Below, piece after piece: positions 14,762 to 28,883 of a stretch of 64,000 nt of DNA. The position numbers and the translations under genes are program-made. Position 1 is the first letter of the stretch, and each line of letters opens with the position of its first letter. Origin of the DNA: Octopus sinensis. Lineage: Eukaryota. The DNA lies in NCBI RefSeq assembly GCF_006345805.1, contig NC_042997.1:121892001-121956000 (forward strand). The letters are read 5' to 3'. The notes below the pieces were generated by a model. It saw only the letters and a program-made list of their open reading frames with translations. It was not told the origin of the DNA and made no database searches.

Positions 14762-14820
14762 AAGAATTAAAAAAAGAAAAAGAAGAAAAAGTAAAAGAAG
14801 AAGAAGAAGAAGGAGGAGGA
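14645..14820. repeat. (GAA)n polypurine tract
   Basis: Directly visible. Confidence 0.95.
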
Positions 14821-15021
14821 GGCAGCAATTAGCATGCTGTGCAAAATAGCGGCTCTTCGTCTGTCTTTGTGTTCAGAGTTTAAATTCCGCCGAGGACAAC
14901 TTTGCGTTTCATCCTTTCGAGACCGATAAAATAAGCACCTGTTGAGCACCGGACCCCAGGAATGCTAGATACCTCTCCCCCAGACTTGCTCATCTTGAGC
15001 CAAACTTTCAAACCGTTGTTT

Positions 15022-15059
<38 letters not shown>

Positions 15060-15067
15060 ATTATTAA

Positions 15068-15129
<62 letters not shown>

Positions 15130-15324
15130 GTGCGGTGAGCTGGTAGAGTCGTTAGTACGCCAGGAGAAATGTTTAACGGCATTCGTCCGTCTTTACTTTC
15201 TGAGTTCAAATTCCACGGAAGTCGACTTTGCTTTTCGTCCTTTCGGAGTCGATAAAATAAGTACGAGTGTAATGAATTAGTCTCTTCCGCCGAAATTTCA
15301 GGCATTATGCCTATAGCAGAAAGA

Positions 15325-15378
<54 letters not shown>

Positions 15379-15620
15379 GTTGTTGTTGTTGTTGTTGTTG
15401 TTGTTATTGTAGCAGTAATAAAACTGTAGGAACGTTAGCGCTTCGGACTGATTGCGTAGCAACATTTCTTCCGGTTCTTCATGTTCTGAGTTCAAATGCT
15501 GTTGACACCAACTATCTTATTGATCTCAGGAGATGGATGCATTAAAAATATTAGTAAATTACTAGGATCCATGTAATCGACTTTCCCCCTCCCCTCAAAC
15601 GTTGTGGCTTTTGTTCCAAA
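14818..15620 (+). mobile_element. Three head-to-tail SINE family B copies separated by (GTT)n/(ATT)n
   Basis: Copies at about 14818-15017, 15130-15325 and 15425-15620 share TGAGTTCAAATTCC...CTTTGC.TTTC.TCCTTTCG...GATAAAATAAG. Confidence 0.8.
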
Positions 15621-15831
15621 ATTAGAGTGAATTATTACAATTATTATTAATACAAGCCTCATAATAGTCTACGTTATGTTTTTTTCTTTTACTTCTGCTG
15701 ATGCGATTCAATTATTTCAAAGAATAGGGAGTGAGGATACATCTTTCGCCGAATTAAGTTACGAAAAACATGCTTATGAATACTCGTGTTGTTACTTGAT
15801 GCTCAACAGAAAATATTTGTAACACTCTCTT

Positions 15832-16158
15832 AAAATTAGATGACCCGAACACATAAGCAATATGGAGCTATGGCAAAGAACAAATCAAGTTTCGATTAGG
15901 GAGCAAATATTTAAGAAAATCTGAAAGTGGATTGGTAGCACAATTAGAAAAGACACACCAAATGTAGCGAAAAGTGCTTTACGGTGGAATCCGGATGGAT
16001 ATAGAAAGAGAGGTAAGCCTAAGAACTCGTGGCGTAGATCAACACAAAAGGAACTAGAGAAAGGGGGACATTCAAGGCAGAGTATAAGTACAGAAGCGAA
16101 AAATTACGCGACATGGAATTCAATTATAACTGGCCTATACTCCGCGTTGAGAGGTTAA
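15832..16158 (+). mobile_element. RTE-clade LINE, C-terminal ORF fragment (pseudogene)
   Basis: Translates KIR*PEHISNMELWQRTNQ...*KWIGSTIRK...AKSALRWNPDGYRKRGKPKNSWRR...W..IITGLYS*. This matches the RTE C-terminal pattern (ISN..LW.RT, WIGH.LRK, WNP.G.R.RGRP..TWRR). Confidence 0.85.
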
Positions 16159-17746
16159 AGGCAGGAAAAAGAAAAAACACTGTCTTAAAAATAATCTTTG
16201 ACAGATGGATGGAAATTTCACAAGAAATACAATGAATGAAAAACAAAATGCTAAAATACTGAACAAACATTTTGAAACAATCAAGAAGTATTTCTCTTCT
16301 TTTTGTTTTTATGACTCATTTATGAAAACCAACAGCAACAAAAGAACAACTGCGACACATTGCGAATATCCAATAAGGTAACTTGTCGTGTAGACAATGT
16401 CCAGTCAGAGAAACAAATTTGGCGGTGGCTTGTCACAGAAGTGTCTGTTTTCCTGCCAAACGAATTTGTCCAAGAGCCGGCAACGAAAAATATTAATACT
16501 GCTCTACATTAAGGTTTTGAGTAGGATGTTTTTATCACATCTTCAAAAAACGATTTGAATAAGGTTCGGTGTGGAACAGTATCTTGCCCATACGTATAGT
16601 AGTGTCTGCATGTTTTTTTTTTTTTTAGTGATGGAACGATATGCTGAGAACAGTGAGACACCTGTGAATATATTTCTACCACAGTACAAAACACGGATGA
16701 ATGTCAAGGTCATTGGTAGTAACATTGGCGCGTGAACATCGCTTTGCATATATTTGCAAATAATAATGACTACGAAAGAGTAGAAAGATATTCAAGACCC
16801 TTTTTTGTTCTAGGAACAGAAATCTGAGTGATGGAAGTTGCCGTGCAGTAATTGAAGATGTGGATGGATAAGCTATTTGAGGATTTTCAACAACGGGTAT
16901 CTCACGAAAACATCGACCAAATGTTGAACAGAAGCAAAACCAGAAGATTCTGCTCCTCTTAGTAGGAGTACCGGAAATGAGAGAGAAGACCGCTTCCTTC
17001 TATTCCAGAAGTAGATAAAGTTAAAAGCGCACATCCTAATGGTGCTACTATATCAACTTTTGATGGCGAGAAGTGAGAGTGGACAGTGACAGATGTTTTA
17101 GGAGTAAAAGACAACAAAATGACGATATAGAATGAAAATAGGGAAACTGTAAAACACATTACGCTGTTACAATTCATCAAAAGGAAGGATGAATTTTCTT
17201 GTGGAATTCTTTATAATTTCGCTCAGATTAGAGTTGGGCCTCTAAACTAATGACGTTAAATGTATATTATACGAGGCAGAAAGCGTAAGATTAATATACA
17301 GTAGAGGTGCAAGCAATTGGCTGTTGGGTAAGGGCTGTATCAATGATTTATCATAGAATGAAGGAGAAGCATCCCCAAGGTTTTAGTTTACATTACATTT
17401 TAGTATAGACAACAGCGGCTGAATATTGAAGATCTCGGGTCCAAGACCCCTTATTCAGTCCCACTCCTCATTGCATATCTCTCCACAAGCTTGCATTATC
17501 CAAGTTTAAATTATATCTCAATTCAATTAATGTCGTATTGAATTTTATGTATTTTATATGTATTTTATACAATTATAAATGTATGCTATTTCGTTAGTCT
17601 TCATTAGAATTTTAATAATAGCATAGTATAATCTACTACGTTTTTATGTAATTTATCTCAACCATCCCACGTTTTTGTAAAGATATGAAAAGAACAATAG
17701 GTTAATTGATACGAGAACATCAAGTTTCAGAAAACGCCTAAAGCAT

Positions 17747-17749
<3 letters not shown>

Positions 17750-17825
<76 letters not shown>

Positions 17826-18117
17826 GCACACACACGCATTCACATACATACTTATACATGGATATATATATATATACATATATATACATATATATATATA
17901 CATATATATTCATAAATATATATTTATATATATATACATATATATATACGTATATGTGTATATATACATATACTTACATATATATATATATACATATACT
18001 TACATATATATAATATATACATATACTTACATATATATATATATACATATATATAAACATATATATATACATATATATATATATACACATATATATATAC
18101 ATTATATATATACATAC

Positions 18118-18150
<33 letters not shown>

Positions 18151-18420
18151 CATCATATATATATACATATATATATAATACATATATATACATACATATA
18201 TACATACATATATATATATACATATATATTATACATACATATATATATACATACATATATATATATATTACATACATATATATATATATCATACATATAT
18301 ATATATATACATACATATATATATATATCATACATATATATATATATATACATACATATATATATACATACATATATATATATACATACATATTATATAT
18401 ATACATATATATATATACAT

Positions 18421-18455
<35 letters not shown>

Positions 18456-18492
18456 AAATATATATATACACATATATATATACACATATATA
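17750..18492. repeat. Long compound (TC)n/(TA)n/(TACA) microsatellite
   Basis: Directly visible. It is the source of the YI-repeat ORFs. Confidence 0.95.
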
Positions 18493-19409
18493 AATTACTT
18501 TATAAATGTAAAGTGAAGCCTATATTCAGTTAAAGTTTAGGTTTCAAAACACGTGGGTGTACTCCTCTACGTTACACGAAAATGAAAGCTTAAAGAACCC
18601 TCTCTAATTTCAGAATAGAATTATGTGACATAGTGTCATGATTTGAAATCTGAGCACTGTTAATGGCAACCCTTATTTGGATCTTTAAGAGACATGTATC
18701 TGTCAATGTGTCTTGTATTTTTGCAAAATACAGGTACACCTATCGTTTGTTTATAGTAATACCTAATAAATTTTAATATTCACAGTACAGACTCGATTTC
18801 TAACCTCACTCATTAATGTCCTCTTACACAAACAATTGTAGTATTTTCCACTGCATGGTGTAATATTGTTTTGTGTTATCGGTTATTAATTTTTTATTAC
18901 TCTGGGTAGCCAGGCATTGGTCTGGTGCAGCGAGAGTCAGTGCTTCAGTTTCGGCTTTTAGTCAAGAACTTTTGGGCTATTGTTAGCTTTTAATTAGGCC
19001 AGTTCCTCTCTGTCAGGCCTGTCAGTGTATTCCCGACTCATAGGGCAAACAAAACTCACTGTATACATTGATGTTCCATTAAACTAAACACACCACATTG
19101 TTTAATTCCAAAATGAAATAAAGTTATATAGGCGGGGGATCAAAACTTGGAGTAATTGTTCTTATATCGATAATGCTCTTTTCAAAACATGTGACGTACC
19201 AGCTAAACCAACCTTTTGCAGTTATTGCATGAAATTTCAGTTCCTTTTTTGATCACCTGTAGTGCTCCTACAATCACTGGTATTGTAACCACCTTGAGAT
19301 ACCAAATTTCTTTTCAATTTCAATGAGTATGTCTTTATATATTCTGAGATAGTCAAATTCTTTTGCCGAGTTATGATTTCAAAGAATACTCATATCGATC
19401 AAAAAGCAA

Positions 19410-19885
19410 AATTGATTGTTCTGGTTCTTCACAAGTCCTGATATTTCGGCTACATATCTGACTGTAAATTTTTAATCATACCTACTGCACCTACAGTTTG
19501 ATCCTGTTTTTAGGTTCCACTTTTGGTTGATATTTATTTCCATATCTTTCTATTTCGAGAGTTTCTCCGTTTCCTTTATACAAACATTGTCATCTACTGG
19601 ACTTGATATGTTGATTAGATGGCACCTTTACCATTTATGGTTTCTGACAACTATATCCGGTCCTTTGACCATGATACCTCTGCCTGTGTGTATAGGCACA
19701 TCACAAACTATGATTGTTTTGTCGTTTTCTGAAGCCTTTTTGAAATATGTCTATACCATCTTTTTCTGTTCTCATTCAACAATACTGGGATATCTTCCAG
19801 TGTATATAGGTCCCAACTCTATCATGTCTGTGACATATATTCCTTCTTAGCCAGGACTCGGGAGCCAGAGACAATACTATTTTTA
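19410..19885 (-). mobile_element. Restriction-like-endonuclease non-LTR retrotransposon fragment (R4/Dong/NeSL type)
   Basis: Minus-strand translation across frameshifts gives SIVSGSRVLAKKEY / HDRVGTYIHWK / ENDKTIIVCDVPIHTGRGIMVKGPDIVVRNHK.*RCHLINISSPVDDNVCIKETEKLSK*KDMEI...W.LKT / VGAVGMIK. This is a decayed CCHC motif plus a PD..D RLE domain. Confidence 0.85.
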
Positions 19886-19890
19886 TTGTT

Positions 19891-20427
19891 GAGTGAAAGA
19901 GCAGCGCATGCCATCGAAGTGACACTGGGGTAAACTATAAGAAGCCCAATACACCCATCATGACTACCACGTCTGATAAGAGTAAACCAGGCACATACAT
20001 CACAACCATATGTGTGAGGCATGGTGATCTCATAACAAGATAAACAACGCATGATCATGCAAGTCGGGACCAGTTAGAATTTTCTTGAGGTCGAATAGCC
20101 CATCCTGTTCAAAAGGTCCCTGAATAAAGATTAGTTAAGGATATTGAACGAAACACCCATGATTCCAGAGGTGAATTATTCAAACTCTAAAGAATTCCTC
20201 TCAACACATGGCTATGATGCTCCCCCACTACTTCTGCTCGTGATCAGATATCTAAATATCGTCAGCCACCAAGGGACTTGTTCAACTGGTAATGATCAAG
20301 CAATTAACAAGTAAATCTGTTACTGAGCCAAAGTTTTGCTGTAGCGCATCTTTTACACCATAACAAAACAATGTACATGATAACACTTCTAATCAGTTAA
20401 GATCAGAAACCATGAGAGCCAAAGGCT
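19891..20427 (-). mobile_element. Second copy of the (ATT)n-associated interspersed repeat
   Basis: Homologous to 10947-11480 along its whole length and followed by (ATT)n. Confidence 0.7.
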
Positions 20428-20443
20428 TATTATTATTATTATT

Positions 20444-20648
20444 AGCTGGCAGAAACGTTAGCACGCCGGGCGAAATGCGTAGCCGTATTTCGTCTGCCGT
20501 TACGTTCTGAATTCAAGTTCCGCCGAGGTCAACTTTGCATTTCATCCTTTCGGGGTCGATTAAATAAGTACCAGTTACCTACTGGGGTCGATCTAATCGA
20601 CTGGCTTCCTCCCCAAAGATTTCGGGCCCTGTGTCTAGCGTAGAAAAG
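20444..20648 (+). mobile_element. SINE family B copy between (ATT)n tracts
   Basis: AGCTGGCAGAAACGTTAGCACGCCGGGCG...GAATTCAAGTTCCGCCGAGGTC...(ATT)n tail. Confidence 0.9.
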
Positions 20649-20681
<33 letters not shown>

Positions 20682-21493
20682 ATTATTATTATTATTTTCA
20701 TTAGCGCCATCCTTCAATTCCGTTTCCATTTCTTACCGAGTGTCTTCTTGACACCTAGGGCAGAGAAACGTGTTGTATATTGTGTTGTTGTTGTTCTTCT
20801 TCTTCTTCTTCTTCTTATTATTATTGATGTTAGTGGTGGCGGTAATATCGCTGTTTGAAAAATTTGCTTCGAAGAAGATATCTTCCAGAACTGCCCGAGG
20901 AAAAAATGTTTCTTTCAGATTACTAACTAAAGTCTTCAGAAAAGATGATCGTCCAGTCATTTGCCCTGGAGTGAAAAATGCATTTCGCCGGAACACTGTT
21001 TTTAGCATTGTATAGAATTTTAGTTATTAACATTTTTTTATTATTATTATTATTTGTGGCTAAAGCTGGCCTCAGAATTAGCTGGAGGAGATGCTCAAAA
21101 CTGTGGTGATATCCGTGATCTCAAGAAGATAAACACACATTGAAATTATAAATAAACAATGAAACAGACTTATGAAAATAGACGGAGTGAAAAACTAAAC
21201 AGTCTAAAGTGTAAACACTTAAATTTTGCGCAATGATTAACTTATAAATAGAAGTGTTGAAAATAAGAATTGGAGTGCAAACAAATATAAACATTTTGTA
21301 AAGCACCGAAAACACCATTGCCAACGAAATTTCATCGTTTACTAAAGTTTCCAACCATAATTAGCTCCTTGGTGTGCGCCAGGTCATGACAATGTATGTA
21401 AATAAATACACTTCTTTGTTGGGATCAATGAAGAAAGGGTCATTATGTTTTTGCCTACTACTACTGCTATTGTTGCTGCTGCTGCTGCTGCTG

Positions 21494-21539
<46 letters not shown>

Positions 21540-21555
21540 AATGGTTATTTTATCT

Positions 21556-22597
21556 AGGCTGTGAGCAGATAGAATCGTTACCTCACTGGTAACGATTATG
21601 CCATTTCGCCCGTCAATCCGTTCTGAGTTCAAATTCCGCAGTAATCAACTTTGGTTTTCATCGTTTTGGGCTCGATAAAATAAGCATCATTTGAACACTG
21701 GGGTCGATGTAGCCGACTCATCCTCTTCCGAAAAATTGCTGCTCTTGTGGAAAAATTTGAAACCATTATCATTATTTATTAAGGCAGCGAGTAGACAGAA
21801 GGATTTTGTACGCCGGACAAAATGTTTGGCAACATTTCTTCCAGTCTCCCGTTCTGAGTTCAAACTCCACCGCCGTCGACTTTGGCTCTCATCTTTTCAG
21901 GGTCGATAAAATAAGAATCAAATTATCTTAAATATTGAAGTCGATACAACTGTCGATAAATCTCCAGAAAATTTTCGTTCTTCTGACTTTCAAAGGGGAT
22001 GAGATCACTTTATGTTTACATCTGGGACAAGATGTGTTCAGCATAGTCTTAGATCAGTGCAATTCCTCGACTCGCTGCTCATGGAGGTCTTCCTCTATCA
22101 CGAGTCGAGCTTTGTCCTAATTTGTCATTTGCATGGCATATTTTCACGTTTGTCTTTTATTTGATCCACTCATTTCATTTTGTCGGTGCGTCCGTCATTA
22201 CGATCTGAGTTAAAATTCCACCGACGTCGACTATGCCTTTCATTCTTCAGGATTCGATAAAATAAGTACCAGTTGAACACTGAGGTCGATGCAATCGACG
22301 TACATTATCCCCGAAATGACAGGCCTTGTGCCAAAATTTGAAACAATTATGATTATTATTATTATTATTATCATCATCATCATCATTAAGGCGGTGAGGT
22401 AGCTTGAATACTTATCACACCGGGCGAAATGCTTAACGGTATTTCGTCCGTTTTGATGTTCTGAGTTCAAATTCCACCGAGGTCTACTTTACGTTTTATT
22501 CAATTGGATTCGATAAAATATCTACCAGCTGATCACTGGTTCGAATCAACCCCGCTCGAAAAATAGCTGGCCCCTTGTGCATTAAGTAGAAAAGATT
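21556..22597 (+). mobile_element. Array of four SINE family B copies joined by trinucleotide tracts
   Basis: Copies at about 21556-21765, 21781-21975, 22180-22345 and 22388-22597, all in the same orientation. Confidence 0.8.
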
Positions 22598-23129
22598 ATT
22601 ATTACTGTTGTTGTTGTTAGTAGTAGTAGCAGCAACAACAACAACAGCAGTGTTCGTAATGTATTCACCATGAAAATCATCATCATCATCATCGTCAGTC
22701 GTTATTATCTTTTCAAACATCACTTCAAATATGGTTATCGCAGACAAAATTTGCAGAAAGTCATGGAATATCGTAAAATGTATTTAAAGTTAAATTAAAT
22801 TTACAGATGAAATGATTTTCTATATGAACTCATCAATTATGTAAAAGCCACTTGTATTTAATCAAACGACTTTTCTTAATAGGTTTTAGGAATTTTCAAA
22901 AGCTATTGGTTTATGGTTCTTGTTGTTGTTGGTGGTATTCTGTTTGTTTGTTTGTTTTTCTTTTTTGTATTTTGAGCGTAATTCTAAAATGTTTCTTTAC
23001 TGATTACGCGAGAATTCAACTTTGAACGGAGTTTGAACATAAGAATATAATTATTTTATCTACGATAGAGAAAAACATTAAGGGCGATTGCAGTGATTTT
23101 TTGGTGTTATTTTTTTTTTGTTTTTAGTT

Positions 23130-24000
23130 AAACTACAAGTAACGCTGGTGCTTGGTAGTTATCATGATGACGGAGATGGATGAGGGTAATGAAAGAGGCG
23201 GATGAGGATGACGAGTAGTAGTGGTGATGATAAAGACGATGACAAGGATAGTTGTGGTGATGATGATGATGATGATAATGATGATGATGACGAGGAGGAA
23301 GAGGAGGAGGAGGAGCATGGATGAGGACGATTATGCTCGTTGTGTTAATAATGAACGAAGTTAGTAGAGATGGTGATGAACGAAGATGGCGTAACTGATA
23401 GTGCTACTGCTGATGATGACGGTTGATGATTGGAGGATGATGATGAGGATGATGGGGGATGGTCATGGAAGAGAATAGTGATGTTGAGGATTACAAAGGG
23501 CAGAGAATAAGTGATGACGAAGAGAAAAGTGCTCAGCCGCTTTTCATCCCCCACCAAAAAAGATATTATGAACGGCGTCCCATTGTTGACCTTCATGCGT
23601 AGTCGTACATCGAAGACTGCGACATTCTCTAAATATGTCCTTCCAATATTTAAGGCAGAATGTTAGCATTTTATGGAGATACAGCTTCATTTTCTCGCCG
23701 CTCTGGCTTCCTCTTTAGCTGCTTGTTGTTGCTACTACTACTAGCAATGGTGGTGGTGGTGGCGAGTAGTGAAATTAATGGCGTGCATGATGGCGAAGGT
23801 AAGCATGTGATGGTTTCTGCTGCTGCAGATAAATATCGTAGTTGTGATGGTGGTTTCGTGCTGGTGGTGGTTGAGGTGGTGGCAGTTGTAATGATGATGA
23901 TGATCATCATGATGATCATGCCGCTAATGGTTATTTCCATGTTGATGTTAATGTTGTAGTTGTGATGATGATGATGATGATAATGATGATGGTATAGTTA
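23130..24000. repeat. Degenerate GAT/GGT/GAG/GTT trinucleotide low-complexity block
   Basis: Directly visible. It yields homopolymeric ORFs on both strands. Confidence 0.85.
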
Positions 24001-24954
24001 TATTGATGAAAAGTAATCTTATGACCAGTTAGGATATGATAGTTTGCTTTCATCTTTGTACGCATGCACCTTTATTTCACATTCATTTTCCATTAATTTA
24101 ACCTCGAATATTATCACTAATTCACCATATCATTTACCAGAATTTCGTGATCACGTGATGTAGCGGAAAATATTTTTCGAATATTGCGATAAACAAATGG
24201 TTTATTAATGATAAACTGACATGGTGTGTGGATGATAACTCTTGTTATAGATTTAATATTTCTTTCCTTTTATACCCTCTCCCCTTTCCCTCTCTATATC
24301 TCTCTCTTTCCCCTCTCATTCTCTCTATCTCCTCTCTCTTAAACACATGGACAGACACACATTCCATCAGTATCTGAATGTTCCCACTTTCAATCTCTGC
24401 CTGCCCAACTCTTTCATGTCATCTCTTTTGAATTAACTAAAACTATAAAATTATCAGGGATAAGCATTTTAGAAATGAAAGGACAAAAATAATTCCTCAT
24501 TATATATAGCCATGTTGTTAAGATGATCAGTTTAATATATAAGCAAGTTGTTAAAAGGTTCAGTTCAAAAGAAACTGGTCCTGGGTTCCAATCCTATTAG
24601 GCACCCTCCTGGTCAAAATTGCATTCAAAATGTATCTGGCCAGAATGAAGCATTGTAAAAGTTATATCAGCCATTTCAAAGATGCAGCAACACGATGGCC
24701 GATGCATAAGCTTTTGTTAGACATAGAGGATCATGTAACTTGATGAAGATATAACTGAAGGTTATTTAGATCTGTTGTTTTACGATTTCTATACGCATTT
24801 TACGGCATATGGGCAGGTCAGCACTCCCATTATATGTAGATTATCTCGTAGGGATGATACTTCAACAAACTGCTGTTGCCTTCTCAAACATCGCAATGAG
24901 CGTGTATCGACAGAGAGAATGACGTTCTTACAAATGCCTCTTTACACAAATGCA

Positions 24955-24969
24955 TAGATAGACAGACAT

Positions 24970-25064
<95 letters not shown>

Positions 25065-25155
25065 GTCTGTCTATCCATCCATCCCTCTATCTGTCTGTCT
25101 ATCAATCCATCCATCTATCTATCTATCTATCCATCCATCTAGCTAGCTAGCTATA
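24955..25155. repeat. (TCTA)n microsatellite
   Basis: Directly visible. Confidence 0.95.
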
Positions 25156-25188
25156 TGTGTGTGTGCGTGAATTAAAACAATATACGAT

Positions 25189-25220
<32 letters not shown>

Positions 25221-25515
25221 CACGCACGCTCACACAACCAAAAGCTGAAGCCGATACTTCTGCACAAAAGAGATATGCACATTCATTGCCTAAGTGTTGT
25301 CAGCAGTATTCAAACATTCAGAAACACTACCATGCAAACATAGATTGACATACATTAACAAAATAGCACACAATCACATGTTTCTAAATCCTTAGAACTG
25401 TCATCATTCAAACAAAAAAGACTTGTCACTTTGTTAGTGACAGATTTGAATTCACCGAAGAATTTCTCAAAATATGAAAGAAAAAACATGTCATACGCAC
25501 ACACACACACACACA

Positions 25516-25557
<42 letters not shown>

Positions 25558-26399
25558 TGCATGCTTACATACAAACGAATATATAGATACATTTTTACAT
25601 ACATTTATATTCAAATGTCCGTGTACAAATTTCCTCATGACTTTTCCAGTACTATACTTTTTGTGAGCCTCCACGGCATAGGCCATGCTGTAGCACCGAC
25701 TAAGATTTCAATATTCTGCGTCTTCCATTGCGTTTCTGCACAGTTCCAGAGCTGTAACATCGTTTTGTTATGTTTGCCAATATACAGTACATAGTGTTTC
25801 TATTTGGACGACTAAGAAATTGGTAGAGATTACCCTGCTTCGTTTGCAGCACCTTGCACATGCATCATCCTGTATGTTATATAGCAATGCAATGATATGC
25901 TTTTTATAAGCGTTTGCGAACATTTTTACATACACTTTAAGCGAGACATTTAGCCTGCTGCAGAGACATAAACGCGAAACTGTTGGGGTATATGTTTCTG
26001 GATATGAGACCAGGTAACAGAGTTCATCCCATTCACCTTTCTTTTGTTCAGTCTTGTATGCCATATCTTAATAAACCGATTTTCTGTAAACATCCATGTT
26101 TGGGTCTTGTCAGCTTTACATTGCTCAGAAGCGTTGTTCTAGTCTTTGAATTTGTATATTTTATAGGGAAAAACATGGTTCAGAATCTCCGCAGTTTCTG
26201 GTTAAGAGATGGCCTGCGGGGAGCGCATGTTTACGAACCGTAGTCCAAAACAAACGCTTACTCTAGTTGTTTTTGTTATAATTCTCAGTAACTGGGATCT
26301 CCACAGTTTATAACAAGATTGTAAGTATGAATATATTTAGAGAAGTGTGCAGTCATAGCTCTGCCAAGATCACGAACGTTCTTAGAGATTGCAACTATT

Positions 26400-26830
26400 T
26401 ACCTGTTTGAAATGAAGTAGAACAATTATTGGTGATTAATTTTCTGTAAGGGAGGGTATAAAAATTTGCCACAGCTCTTTTGGAAGTGCACAAATCTCAT
26501 TCTATCTGTTGAACTTAAGTTTATCTCTATAGTGCCAACATGCTCACTGTAGCTTATTGAGTAGTTTTTATCTATGTCTGTCAACATCAGGAGAAACAAC
26601 TTAGGACCAAGATTGTGCCGAGCAGTAATTCAATTTTCTATTTAGGTAATAAGCACAGACGTTCCGCGTAACGCTCCTTTGATCTAAAACAGAATTCCAA
26701 TATTCCAATCATGCTAATGTCCATCAATTTATGCCACAAATTTCTATGGTTGACCTTGTTGAAGTTTTTGCCGCAGTTAAGACATGTGCAGTAAAACTGA
26801 TGATCAGAATAATAAGTCATTTAGAGTTTG
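26400..26830 (-). mobile_element. Decayed CR1/Jockey-type LINE reverse transcriptase fragment (may extend to about 25600)
   Basis: Minus-strand peptides KNFNKVNHRNLWHKLMDISMIGIL (compare KAFDKV.H..L..KL...GI.G.L) and HNLGPKLFLLMLTDID (compare QGTVLGPLLFL..I.DI). Confidence 0.6.
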
Positions 26831-27573
26831 CTTGTATTTAGCAGATGTATTGAACCGATCCTTCCTGAGCGTATTTGTTGTTAAAAAGCAACTGCTGTTC
26901 AAAATTGTTTATTAGAAAACTGCATAAAATAATCTACAACAGTTTGAGAAAGTGCGATGTTGGTGATAAAAGACTGCAATGGTTTATATTTATTGTACTG
27001 CCACATTAATAAATCGGTCATATTACTACCTCTGACATTCCTTGCAGCATGCTAGAACACTATTGACGGAGCTAGCTGACTGCAAATATTAATAGTGTTG
27101 GAAGGATGAGTTTGAATATTAATAATTGAGTTTCCTTAGCTTTATTCGAATATATTTTAGTTTAAAATATATTTTTAAAATACTTGAAAGCAATCGTATA
27201 AGAGGAAATGACAGACGTTAACAGAAAATACCATACAGAAGGTTATCATACAGAAGTGTGAATATTTCATGAATTATGGTGTGATATGTGAAATGTCTTA
27301 CAATGTATACTTCTTACGAAAACAAAAGTAATGTAATCAAAAGGACAATTTTCTGATATCTGGTGATAGTCTTTTACATAACATACATCAAAAACAAACA
27401 AATACCGTGGTAACTTGGATGGCACGAAAAGTGTGTGTTCCATATATTTATATATGATTATATATTAAATTTTACTGACATCATGATACATAAAATTTTG
27501 TATATATAAGTCTTGCATATACAGATAGGTTGATAGACAGACATATATACAACTTACAGATAGATAGACAGAT

Positions 27574-27615
<42 letters not shown>

Positions 27616-28035
27616 ATATATAAACAAATTCAAAATGCGATATATATATATATATAAATTTAGCAATTAAGGACAACTACTTAATAAGGAAAACTTAACA
27701 AGAAATTGTCAGGTAGATAGCGTGAAAACCTCATAAGAGAAAAAATTTCGAAAATAATTATTTCTTATTGAACATATTAATTTATATATAGAGGGCATTA
27801 TACATACATGCCAGAGGGCATTATACATACATGCCACACGCTGAGAGGGACAATTAGTCATTTCTACCAAAAATATTACTAATCCCACCGAATGCAATTT
27901 TTCAAAGTAAGACATTTAAAAAATATAGACCTGTATCACAGTGATTTCATACTTACGTATTCATGTGCTTCGTTGATGTTGATCAGTTAGCTGATCGGCT
28001 TAAGCGGGGCAGGGTCGTTTATTTATAATGCATTC

Positions 28036-28083
28036 AGGCCTGCTGATGAATACGTAAGTATGAAATCACTGTGATACAGGTCT
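28036..28083 (+). ncRNA. Type I hammerhead ribozyme motif, copy 1
   Basis: AGGCCTG-CTGATGA-ATAC(GTAA)GTAT-GAA-ATCA(CTG)TGAT-A-CAGGTCT: complete core, 7-bp stem I with one G.U, stem II capped by a GNRA loop, short stem III, and an AUA cleavage triplet (cut after 28076). Confidence 0.85.
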
Positions 28084-28509
28084 ATATTTTTTAAATGTCT
28101 TACTTTGAAAAATTGCATTCGGTGGGATTAGTAATATTTTTGGTAGAAATGACTAATTGTCCCTCTTAGCGTGTGGCATGTATGTATAATGCCTTCTGGC
28201 ATGTATGTATAATGCCCTCTATATATAAATTAATATGTTCAATAAGAAATAATTATTTTCGAATTTTTCTCTTATGAGGTTTTCACGCTATCTACCTGAC
28301 AATTTCTTGTTAAGTTTTCCTTATTAAGTAGTTGTCCTTAATTGCTAAATTTTTATTCCGAAAAAACTTTTCTCTCCCGAAATGCAATTCGTAAAAGTTT
28401 GCCATTTATCCGGATGTAATATATGTAAACTCACCCATGTGCTTCGTTGATGTTGATCAGTTAGCTGATCGGCTTAAGCGGGGCAGGGTCGTTTATTTAT
28501 AATGCATTC

Positions 28510-28557
28510 AGGCCTGCTGATGAATACGTAAGTATGAAATCACTGTGATACAGGTCT
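28510..28557 (+). ncRNA. Type I hammerhead ribozyme motif, copy 2
   Basis: Identical to 28036-28083 and exactly 474 nt downstream (cut after 28550). Confidence 0.85.
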
Positions 28558-28693
28558 ATATTTTTTAAATGTCTTACTTTGAAAAATTGCATTCGGTGGA
28601 ATTAGTAATATTTTTGGTAGAAATGACTAATTGTCCCTCTTAGCGTGTGGCATGTATGTATAATGCCTTCTGGCATGTATGTATAATGCCCTC

Positions 28694-28883
<190 letters not shown>

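Noticed and set aside
17924-18516. Long ORFs of 186-187 aa (YI/YT repeats) and similar ORFs across the track
   Set aside because: They are translations of TA/CA/ATT/GAA microsatellites, which lack stop codons in some frames.
23345-23959. Signal-peptide-like or mucin-like ORFs
   Set aside because: They derive from degenerate trinucleotide repeats, and no splice or homology support is visible.
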